DNA from: Lingula anatina
Taxonomy: Eukaryota; Animalia; Brachiopoda
NCBI GenBank assembly: GCA_051362555.1
Contig: CM120640.1
Span: forward strand, 7,192,001-7,256,000
Reading direction: 5' to 3'
DNA: 64,000 nucleotides
In this document: positions 12,082 to 21,700 of the stretch, piece by piece
How positions within the stretch are numbered: the stretch's first letter is position 1
Layout of the letters: each line of letters starts with the position of its first letter
Translations under genes and position numbers: made by a program
Notes under the pieces: model-generated
What the model was told of the DNA's origin: nothing
Database searches by the model: none
Seen by the model: only the letters and a program-made list of their open reading frames with translations

Positions 12082-15000
12082 TTAATTACGTTTTTTCATA
12101 ATTTTACTTACAAAATTCCCTACTGCAATCGCACTCTGCTCAGTGGGTGGGTTTAGAATGATGTCAAGCTGTTTGACCTCGTCTGTTAGACCTTGCAAGT
12201 TTACCTCTGGTATGCATTCAAACAGCAATTTCCTTTCAATTTTGTGATGGGCGCATTTTAGGAAAAAATGTATTTCATCTTCTACCTCATTACAATGAGG
12301 GCATTTTCGTTCTGAAAGTTGTGTTTTTGGGATTGTATGCCGCCCTTTTTCAATTTCTAGGTCATGGTCACTAATTCTCATTTTTGCCAAAAGTATTTTG
12401 TGGGTGCGTGAAATATTCATTTTCAAGTATGGTTCGGGTTCATATTGATGTTTAATTTTCCTGTATGTCCTCAGCTTATTATTTTCCTCTCTGTGTAACT
12501 CTTCCCAAAAATCTGATTTTATTTTGATGGTTATGTCACTTTCTAGATTTTGGTTATTGTGAATTTTATTGACAGTTAGTGTTGAATTTGAGTGATTTAA
12601 TCCCCAACATGTAGCCAAGTTTGACATTGCCCAAAACCAGTTTTTTTCCCTTTTTGCTTGTTCTCTATTGTATGCTTGCTTAACAATTCTTTGCTCTGGA
12701 AGGTTATTCAGCCTTTCACTGTATCTTAATACTAATTTAACAATGTCCAAGTATAATGGGAGGCGCCCAAGTTCTGCACGGCAGGCATTATTGCTAGCTG
12801 ACCTTCTCACACCAAGTGCCCATTTACACATCTTTAAATGTATTTGTTCAAAGGGCATTTTGTTTATTTTATTTAATGATATTTTTTTCTCTGTGAAGAT
12901 TTCTTGGGCCCAGATTTCACATCCATATAAGAGAATGGGTTTAATCATCTTGTCGAAAAGGTTCATGATAAGTATGGGTGATGAAATTTCTTGCGATGCT
13001 AGTATTCCCTTTAGAGTAAACATGGCTTTCAGGGCTTTTTGCTTGAGATTTTCAATTGATTGTTTTAATGATCCTGTGTTAGTAAAGACTATCCCGAGGT
13101 ATGAGTATTGTTTGACTATTTCTATTGGTCTGCTATTTATAAAGAAGGTGTGTGGTTCAATTCTACCAGACTTGTTGAACACTATTATTTTTGATTTGTT
13201 TTCATTAACTTTTAGTTTCCACTGCTTACAGTAATTTTCAAGGTTGTTAAGAAGAGTTTGAAGTCCTTCTTTCGACTGTGATAGCAAGACTAGGTCATCT
13301 GCATATAAAATGTGTTTTAACCCTTCAACTTCCTTTGCACTATTGTCTGTGTAGAGTTCACTTTTTAAATCATCAATGAAGATGTTGAATAGGACTGGGC
13401 TAAGGTTATCTCCTTGTCTTATACCTATTTTAGATATGAATGTTTGGGTGTAGCCACAATTAACTGACACGCCTAGTCTTGTGTTGCTGTACATATACTT
13501 TATCAACTTGTAAATTTTGCCTCTGACACCTATTTTCAGTAATTTCAGCATAAGACCCTTATGCCAGACTGTATCAAAAGCTTTTCGCAGGTCGACGAAA
13601 CAGGCAAATACACGTTTGTTCTGATTCATATGTTTGTTTATAATTGACTTTAAGGTGAATATATGGTCAGTCGTGCGATAACCAGGTCTAAACCCTGCTT
13701 GTTCCTCACTTAATTTCTCATTGGACTCTAAAAATAGTGTGAGTCTGTTAGTCAATATGCAGTTAAAAAGCTTTCCAAGACAGCTGGTGATGCAAAGACC
13801 TCTGTAATTTGATGGGTCAGTTCGTTCTCCAGATTTATATAGCGGCAGTATTATACCCAGATTCCACACATCAGGAGTTTCAGATGTGTTCATTGCTAAA
13901 TTGAATATTTTTGTTATTAGTCCCACTAAGTATATTGAACCACTTTTCAACATTTCATTTCTGATAGAGTCCTCACCAGCCGCTTTTCCATTTTTCAATT
14001 TTTTTATAGCTGTTTTTACCTCTCTAATGCTTATGGGGTTATTAAGGACAGGGTCTCCTTCTTTTTTCTCATATTCACTTATTTCCTTATCTATTCTGTG
14101 ATCATCAGTAGGGGGGGTTCCACAAAGTTGTTGGAAGTGTAGTTGCCAAGTCTCAGGACTTATTATGTTGTTATTTTCTTCTCTATCCTTTAGTTTTTTA
14201 AGTGTCTGCCAGAATTCTTTAGGATTGCTTTTTTCAGATACTAGTAGTCTGTCTAGGATGGCATTTTTGTACTCATTCTTTCTTTGCTTTACTAGTTGTT
14301 TATATTTCTTTGTAGCTAGGTGGTAGGTTTGCGAGATGTAGTTATTGTGTGGATTTTTTTGTAGTAGTTTACCAAGGTGTTTTATATTTCTTCTGACTTC
14401 AATGACTTGACTATGAATGTCAAACCATGGTTGTTTTTTTATTCTTTTTGTTTGTTTATTTGATCTCATGCTTATGTTATTGACTTTTTTACGCAAAGAC
14501 AAGTTTGCAGCATTTTCAATTATATTTGTTAATTCATCACAGGCACTTTTTAATCCTTCTTTAGACGAGGGGAAGTATTTGTTTTGTGCTAGACTGATTT
14601 GTTTTAAGCTGTCCTCACTTTCAAGAGCTTTTAAAAATTTCTCAGTTGAATCTGTTTCCCAGATGTAACGGTCTTTGAAATTTTGTAATGATTGAGTTGG
14701 AGATGATTCTTTGATACCGGTGGTGTGAATTGCAAGGTCTAACAGACAGTGATCTGATAAATAATCAATAGGTAATACTGTGAGATACATAATTTTGCTC
14801 ATCAGTCCATCGTTTGTGATTGCATAATCAACTGTACTGCACCCATGTATATTATAACAAGTTGGATATCCGAGAGAGTTGCCTTTAGTTCTACCATTGA
14901 GTATCCCTAAGTTACTACTTCTACATAATTCAAGTAAGGCCTTTCCTTGCGAGTTGACTATTGTATCAACATTATTTCTCTTTTGTGAAAATCTGTTTGT

Positions 15001-15552
15001 AGGATAACTATCAGTCATTTGAATTCCAAACATGGTATCATCTTTGATGAAATCAGGTAGTGTCCCCGTTCTTGCATTGAAATCTCCAATTAAGCAAATT
15101 GACCCATATGATTGGTAAGTTGCAATTTCATCTTCAAGTATTTCTAGGGTTTCTTCATCTGAGGGGCAATTGCCCGGTTTAATATAAACTGCACATAGGA
15201 ATAAATCATCCTCTAAACCAAAGTGTTCACCTGCTAGTTTAATCCACAACAGATTTTCACTCTTGCTTCTAAGCACTTTGATTCCCTTTATGAATTCTTT
15301 TCTGTAATATACTACTATACCCCCAGAGGGTCTGCCTTTAACTCTCTTTTTCTTTCTGAGTTGTTCAGTGTGGCCGTGGGTGCCACCAGGTAAAGCTATT
15401 TTAGATCTTATAGTGCTGAAAGTTTCTACGCAAACAAATATGTCAAAGCTTTGAACTGTTGAAATGAAATTATCATCACTTAATTTTTTAGCAAGTCCCC
15501 TAACATTCCGCATGCCTATACGTAACATTTTGTAATTGGTATATTGACTCAA
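12082..15552 (-). CDS. LINE ORF2: AP endonuclease, reverse transcriptase and C-terminal CCHC finger
   Basis: 1156-aa uninterrupted ORF. APE motifs NVRGL, VET, GDFNAR, TVDY, SDHC; RT motifs PLYKSG..SNYRGL, QAGFR, FVDLRKAFD, GIRQGDNLSPVLF, YADD, YLG; C-terminal RISDHDLEIEKGR..CPHC..EDEIHFFLKC. Confidence 0.95.
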   Translation of the reverse strand: MSQYTNYKMLRIGMRNVRGLAKKLSDDNFISTVQSFDIFVCVETFSTIRSKIALPGGTHGHTEQLRKKKRVKGRPSGGIVVYYRKEFIKGIKVLRSKSENLLWIKLAGEHFGLEDDLFLCAVYIKPGNCPSDEETLEILEDEIATYQSYGSICLIGDFNARTGTLPDFIKDDTMFGIQMTDSYPTNRFSQKRNNVDTIVNSQGKALLELCRSSNLGILNGRTKGNSLGYPTCYNIHGCSTVDYAITNDGLMSKIMYLTVLPIDYLSDHCLLDLAIHTTGIKESSPTQSLQNFKDRYIWETDSTEKFLKALESEDSLKQISLAQNKYFPSSKEGLKSACDELTNIIENAANLSLRKKVNNISMRSNKQTKRIKKQPWFDIHSQVIEVRRNIKHLGKLLQKNPHNNYISQTYHLATKKYKQLVKQRKNEYKNAILDRLLVSEKSNPKEFWQTLKKLKDREENNNIISPETWQLHFQQLCGTPPTDDHRIDKEISEYEKKEGDPVLNNPISIREVKTAIKKLKNGKAAGEDSIRNEMLKSGSIYLVGLITKIFNLAMNTSETPDVWNLGIILPLYKSGERTDPSNYRGLCITSCLGKLFNCILTNRLTLFLESNEKLSEEQAGFRPGYRTTDHIFTLKSIINKHMNQNKRVFACFVDLRKAFDTVWHKGLMLKLLKIGVRGKIYKLIKYMYSNTRLGVSVNCGYTQTFISKIGIRQGDNLSPVLFNIFIDDLKSELYTDNSAKEVEGLKHILYADDLVLLSQSKEGLQTLLNNLENYCKQWKLKVNENKSKIIVFNKSGRIEPHTFFINSRPIEIVKQYSYLGIVFTNTGSLKQSIENLKQKALKAMFTLKGILASQEISSPILIMNLFDKMIKPILLYGCEIWAQEIFTEKKISLNKINKMPFEQIHLKMCKWALGVRRSASNNACRAELGRLPLYLDIVKLVLRYSERLNNLPEQRIVKQAYNREQAKREKNWFWAMSNLATCWGLNHSNSTLTVNKIHNNQNLESDITIKIKSDFWEELHREENNKLRTYRKIKHQYEPEPYLKMNISRTHKILLAKMRISDHDLEIEKGRHTIPKTQLSERKCPHCNEVEDEIHFFLKCAHHKIERKLLFECIPEVNLQGLTDEVKQLDIILNPPTEQSAIAVGNFVSKIMKKRN

Positions 15553-15971
15553 GAAAAGTAAATTTAATGCCTAACCATAATGCTATACTTATACATATAA
15601 ACTATAACCTTTAACTTCTAACAATGCAATATTTAACTATTAAGCCGTTACATTTCCAAACAAAGTATAATATTCTTAATAGTTTTTCTTGATTATGTTC
15701 CTTGAGACATGTCTGTGCTTCTACACACTCATTAATATATCTCTGTCCGATATGTATTTCCAATTTCACTAAGCTACTTTTATACTTCATAATTTACAAT
15801 GCTTTTTCCTTTAATGATCTGACATTTTCATCATTAAGGAACGGATTGTTACCATAAGAGGGAGCATAGGTACTTACATTTCAGCTTTTCTTTCTGTATT
15901 AGTGACACTTACTTGGTTGTTATTGGTTTAATCAGTTCCATATTACACTAGTGTTCATAAGTGTTTGACAT

Positions 15972-16350
15972 TTAGCAGATTTTAGTTTCCAGTTTGCTTA
16001 AACACTCACGTAGTAGTTTCAATTCATTCTCGATAGAGTTACCCTTTTCCTTGGGGGAATTCCACTGATTAGGTGTTTGATTCCATTTGCGGTGGTTCCT
16101 ATGGTGCTGGCGATGCTGGTGACTGTAGGTAGCACTGGGGCTGTGGCCATGTCTAGGTGTGGTGCGGGGGTTTGGCTGTCCTGTTGCATCCTTAATATTT
16201 CTTGCCAGCGTACTGGTCCCATGCGGGGTGAGGTGAATGCCATCCCATGCAAATAGGTCTCTCCTATCAGTTATGTTGTCATTGTCCATGTAGTGGACAT
16301 TGGCATGTGAACGACAAAGATGTTGTACCTGACGGTTGATATTGACGGTT
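15972..16350 (-). CDS. LINE ORF1 C-terminal part with SGNH esterase-like motif (5'-truncated)
   Basis: NINRQVQHLCRSHANVHYMDNDNI..FAWDGIHLTPHGTSTLARNIK contains the SGNH block V DxxH; basic/coiled tail; ~420 bp upstream of ORF2. Confidence 0.7.
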
Positions 16351-16364
16351 GATATTGCAAATAA

Positions 16365-16371
<7 letters not shown>

Positions 16372-16445
<74 letters not shown>

Positions 16446-16483
16446 AACTCAAAGATTAAAAGTTTGAATAGCAGCTTCATTGG

Positions 16484-16521
<38 letters not shown>
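16372..16521. repeat. (TA)n microsatellites
   Basis: Long TA runs at ~16372-16443 and ~16489-16521; another at ~18651-18698. Confidence 0.95.
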
Positions 16522-16529
<8 letters not shown>

Positions 16530-17138
16530 TTTTTCTCTCAAACACTTGCATTTGTGAGTTTTAACTCTCATCCACCTGAGGTTCTGCACATTTTCTGTAT
16601 TTCCACATAAGCAGTTGTATTGTTTTTTATGTCTTTAAACATTATGTTACTTATGTAATATTATTTTATGCACTGTCATCATTTTTCAAATATTGAGACT
16701 TTCATCATGTGAATTTGAACTCTCATGGTCCTGAAACTGTAATCTTATTGAAGGGGTGGATTGAGACCATCTTCTGGGTCTTCCGGAAAACAGTCAGGTT
16801 ATTAAGTTTATATTGACTGGTATCTATTTTTTTTCTGTTGGAAGACCATCAAAATGGAGGATGGATCAACATAGGTACTTTGGAATACTGTCAGAAAATA
16901 TCTCTGGGTCAGCTCCTGTTATTGACCATGTTACCTGTTGTGCATGATTAAAATTCAGTGTTGACTGACAGTGCTATTATAAGCATTATTTATTATTGTG
17001 TCATACTTGTAATTTAATGCCTTAAATGAATTTTCGGTTTTCTCAACTTTTCATTGAAATAGCAACTATAAATATGATCAATTCCATTACATTCAGTCTA
17101 ATTTCCAGAAGTTTATAAGGTTGTTATATAACAATATG

Positions 17139-17598
17139 TGTCGTGAATTATATAGATGTGCGGGTTAAATGTTTTTAGGATGTATACTTATATAATCAGT
17201 TTACAGGTCAAGTTTAAAGAAGTCTTTTCTAAGTCACACTAGGTAACTCAATTAAACAAGAAGCCATATCTTTGATTAACAAATACATCCACCTCAAATG
17301 TATTTAGGAATGGTCCTCTGCCTTGTAACTATATTATTCACCTTGATCAATCAGTTTAAGTTATCAACCTATTGTCCACTAGTAGAAGCCATTTAGTGCT
17401 CAGTCTGGAAGTCTTCCCTATCGCATGTGTAATTGAATTAAAGTGACCACTCTGGCAACCCACCTGGCTGGGAAGCCAATATACATAATGTAATTATATA
17501 TGTGAAGGTATATAAAGATAGAAATAAAGGTAGAAGTCAGTAGTCAGTACTCAGAGAGAGGACACTGCATGCGGATCTCTAGAAAGCAGAACACGACG
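17139..17598 (+). mobile_element. Putative solo LTR
   Basis: Short inverted termini TGTCGTG...CACGACG; TATATAAA followed by AATAAA near the 3' end; flanks ATATG/TTATG. The segment ~16999-17598 is absent from the paralogous HINE-B units. Confidence 0.45.
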
Positions 17599-17921
17599 TT
17601 ATGTTAATTGCATCAAAATTGACAAAATGATCTTTTTTGCATCTTTATTTTCTGTTTTTTGTCTGTACATTTGACAGCTTTGCTGCCTTGTTTTCTTATT
17701 TTTTCATGACAATTTTCATCTGCAAACTACAAACAAAAAGTGCCAATGTATCCTCCATTTTACATACTACAAGATCACAGTTATATACATAAAATGAAAT
17801 AAGATTTATTAAGTTTTGTGGAGGGGGAGTCAAATTTCATGGGGGAGTCAGATTTTCATTATGACAATCTGACTGGGGGAGTCAGATTTTCATGGGAGTC
17901 AGATTTTCATGTTACACCTGG

Positions 17922-18031
17922 ACTCTGACACCATGTAATGTCTTTAAACAAAAGACGAGAGACAAGCCATCTCATGCAAGATGGTGGAAACTTCATAAAC
18001 TGCAAAAACATGTGGAGCAGCTTTTGTGATA
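17922..18031 (-). mobile_element. Gypsy 5' LTR end and primer-binding site
   Basis: Minus strand reads ...TAAAGACATTACA|TGGTGTCAGAGT: LTR-terminal CA followed by a TGGTGTCAGA(A)GT tRNA PBS common in Gypsy elements; same strand as the pol remnants. The LTR's far boundary is uncertain. Confidence 0.55.
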
Positions 18032-18531
18032 GAAAAATTAATAACCGGGGTCGCTTAAGTAATTGTTAATTTTAGGTGGCATACCAGTAATATTGACAAA
18101 TATTACACTACCCACTCACAAAGTCCACTTCAAATGCTTGCACAGACTTGGGGCGTGCATGCACCCATGCACCTGCACACACATACACACAAACACACAC
18201 ACCTTATTACAAGAAAAGAAGAACTGATGTGGGGAGGGGGAGCAGGATATTGAAATGAGCCATCCTTTGTGTTTGCCTGAAAGGGTAACCATATTATGTT
18301 TAGTTTATTTTTCTAGAAACCAATTTTATTGTATGATTGGTCCTACATGTATGATTGCATGATCATGGAGAAAGATGGAAACTCTCCTCCTAAATATTTA
18401 TACAGATATTAATTTGTCTTGGATTTGAATATTAATTAATTTTTAGAAAAAACCCAATTAGATTTAATGTTTCATGGCTATATCTCCATTTATGCACCTT
18501 GATTGTAGATGTATATCTATATTTCTAACAG

Positions 18532-18648
18532 GCCTGTCATCTGCAATGTTTACATGTACTTCTACAGCAGAGGAGTGGGTGAAGAGAGGTGATTATTTCT
18601 ATAATCACAAGTTGTACCAAGTAGCTGCTAAATGTTACAGAAGAGGTA

Positions 18649-18701
<53 letters not shown>

Positions 18702-21700
18702 TATGAAAACACTAATTAAGACACCTAGTGAAATGTTGTAGATTTGGGATGTTGCTTATACTAGTAATCTTGCAAAGACCCAATGAACAGATTCACAGAC
18801 TACACATTCATCTTTTTTACGAGACCTGCTGATCGAAACTATTATCGTACACTTATTCATTTTTATGCACTCAGCTTCCATTTATCACCCTGAGCTTCAG
18901 AGCTAACTTGACACTAACCTCCTTCACTGTAGCCTATCTTCATCGTGTCAAGTAACCTCTGACCAGATTCGATTGCCTCCGCCGCCCGCCAATCAAATTT
19001 AAAAGCCCGCACTCAATGACTCATTAAACGATCTAGCCAATGAACGCGAACGAGTCAAAGCGCGCTTTGTTCAAATCCGGACCAATCAAAGATAAGGCTG
19101 AATATCAGGGACTTGCCGTAACCTGTGGGCAGCACGCAAATATACATCGTCTCTCAGTAGATAATGATGCAGGGCCTCAAACTGCTAGACCCTATGGTTT
19201 CAATTCCGATTTACTCATATTTTGCAAAGAATCAAGAGATAACTTAACACATTCTTTTTCGTAGTCACTCGCCTTGCTTTCTTTGTGTACGGTAATACAC
19301 TCGGAACTACTCGGATGTCTCCGCACTCGACAATAACTATGTTGTTAGTATGGAGCTTGCGGAATCAGCCGAGGATTGCCGATTGACGGTCAACCAATCA
19401 GCGTTTTCACCAAACTTTGGTGAAAAATTTTGAAACATGGATTTGATTGGCTTATATAAACTAGGTCAAACTATTTTCGTCAGAGGTTACTTGACACGAT
19501 GGAGATAGGCTACAGTGAAAAGGTTAGTGTCAAGTTAGCTCTGAAGCTCAGGGTGCCATTTATAGTTTTATAATGAAAATGATATAAATCTTACCTGAGA
19601 ATGTAAACATAATAGGTGGTGAGGAAGTCCTGGAAAGAAGGTCCTTGGCTCAAGCAAGAGCTCTGAGTGCCGAGAGACTGAGAGAAACCCCCCACAAATT
19701 GAAACAGGAGTTTCTCCTGGCCTCTGAAGAGTTCTTGCAGTGTAGTATGCCATCTGAGGCAGCCAAGTGCCTGTACAATGCAAAGGAGTTCCTATTGGCA
19801 GCCAAACTGTTTGAGAAGATGGCAAAGGTGTGCAATAATTTTCATTTTCGAAAAAATTGTGTTTAGAAATAGGCATACTCTTTCCCAGCGGGCAAATCAA
19901 CATTGAATCAATGTTGAATCAACGTTGATGATCAACGTTGAAACTATGTTGATATGACGTTGACTATGAAAGTTGACGCAATGTTGAACCATCAAGGTTG
20001 AATCAACCTTGAGGTATCAATGTTGAATCAATGTTGACAGTCAACGTTGAAACTATGTTGATATGACGTTGACTATGAAATTGAATCAATGTTGAACCAT
20101 CAAGGTTGAATCAATATATCAATCATACCTCTCTAGTGAGATAATCATTTAAAACTATTATCAAGGTTATGGTTAAGGTTATAAAGTTAAGGTTGATCCA
20201 ATGTCGAGATCCAGTTGATATGTCAACATTGACAAAGGGTTTACAAACACAGGTTGATTCAATGTTGAAATCCTGTTGATCTATCAACATTGAAAACTGA
20301 TTGACAAAGAAAGGTAAAATCAATGTTGAGACCCTGTTGATCTATCAACATTGAAAACTGATTGACAAAGAAAGGTAAAATCAATGTTGAGACCCTGTTG
20401 ATCTATCAACATTGACAATTGGTTGAGAAGAAAAGGTTGATTCAATGTTGAAATCCTGTTGATCTATCAACATTGAAAACTGATTGACAAGAAAAGGTTA
20501 AATCAATGTTGAGACCCTGTTGATCTATCAACATTGACAATTGGTTGAGAAGAAAAGGTTGATTCAATGTTGAAATCCTGTTGATCTATCAACATTGACA
20601 ATTGGTTGACAAGAAAAGGTTAAATCAATGTTGAGACCCTGTTGATCTATCAACATTGACAATTGGTTGACAAGAAAAGGTTGATTCAATGTTGAGATCT
20701 TGTTGATCTATCAATATTGATGGATCAACATCATCTCAACCTATCCTCAATGTTGAATCAACGTTGAGTGCCCGCTGGGTTAATGCTTTGGCAAATTGAT
20801 ACATTAATTATAAATACTTTTTATGCATAACAATGAAAGACACTTTATTACTTTTTAAATTTTAGCTTTAAATTTGTGATTCTTTTGAAGTGATTTTTTA
20901 TGTGACTCTATCCAATTATTTTCTAGTTCAGGGATGCAGCTGTCCTTTACAAAAAAGTCAAGTATTACCAGAATGCTGCCAATTGTTATGAGCAATCCTC
21001 TGACTTCAGGAAAGCCATTGAGATACATGTGTCAGTGGATCAGTTCCAGAAAGCAGCAGATGTCTGTGAAAGATATGACATTAAAGTAAAGGTGAGGAGA
21101 TGTCACAGAATGCAGTTTCACGATAGGCTGTTGACTTGGAACTCCTAATAAGAGCATGTGTGCATAAAAGAAGAATTCTACTTACGTATGTATGTAGATG
21201 CAATTGTGCATGCATGCAAGGGTGTGTCTATGAATATACAGTGAGAGAGATGGAGAGATTTAGGAGATTTTCTTATTCATTCCTGTAGGAATACAAGTCT
21301 CACGGAAAGATGCTGCCACAGGCTTTAGTAAATGGAGCCCCAAGTCCTCTTCATAGCATGAGCTATCTTTGCTTCGAAGCTGCAAAATTGCATTTTTATC
21401 GTGAAGAGTATGATGCCATGAATGCAGCCCTATCATGCCTTCCCTTTGAAAGACAACTTCAGTTTCTCAAAGAAAGAAACAACATAGCTGGTGTTGCTGC
21501 TTTGTATAAAAGGAATGGTGAGTATTTAAATAGGGTTAGAAATTATATTCACAAGTAAGTTGTGTTTCTAGTAGATGACAATTTCAGAATTTACATGGTG
21601 TATTAACCATAAAAACCTAAAAAATGGTGTCACATTGCTGCTGGATATTGGGTAGATAAAGACTTCTTAATTGTGAAAAAAGCTTTATGTTTACATATAA

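Larger units (their letters stand above)
11882..16351 (-). mobile_element. 5'-truncated non-LTR retrotransposon (RTEX-like LINE)
   Basis: Partial ORF1 plus intact ORF2; 3' UTR ends AATAAA followed by an (ATT)-rich tail; ATATT flanks both ends (11877-11881, 16352-16356). The empty site TTGTTTAATATTGCAAATAAG is visible at ~8142-8162. Confidence 0.9.
9175..17691 (+). mobile_element. HINE family B, copy 2, interrupted by a LINE and a putative solo LTR
   Basis: 5' end TTTTT-ATGTACAGACAC-AGAT-GTGTCTGTACAT (hairpin), CGTC-rich tract, 161-bp monomers, then diverged ~337-bp units (GTG(T/C)GACTT at ~10130, 10466, 10803); 3' subTIR TGTCTGTACAT (~17660-17670), GACAGC-TTT-GCTGCC hairpin, TTGTT end. Confidence 0.7.
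4689..17921. mobile_element. Unclassified repeat element with ~200-bp subrepeats (GGGGGAGTCAGATTTTCAT motifs), split by a 12.6-kb nested insertion
   Basis: The unit TTTTCTTATTTTTTCATGACAATTTTCA..GTGCCAATGTATCCTCCATTTTACATACTACAAGATCACAG..GGAGGGGGAGTCAAATTT occurs at ~4731-5090 and resumes at ~17691-17921, ending CATGTTACACCTGG. Confidence 0.55.

Noticed and set aside
12668-14668. Plus-strand ORFs of 71-188 aa opposite LINE ORF2, and similar antisense ORFs over TRANK1, tRNase Z and NCBP3 exons
   Set aside because: Antisense shadows of real coding sequence with no recognisable motifs.
16271-16480. ORFs with IYIYIY or poly-V/poly-Y runs (also 30461-30658, 49544-49816)
   Set aside because: Translations of microsatellites.
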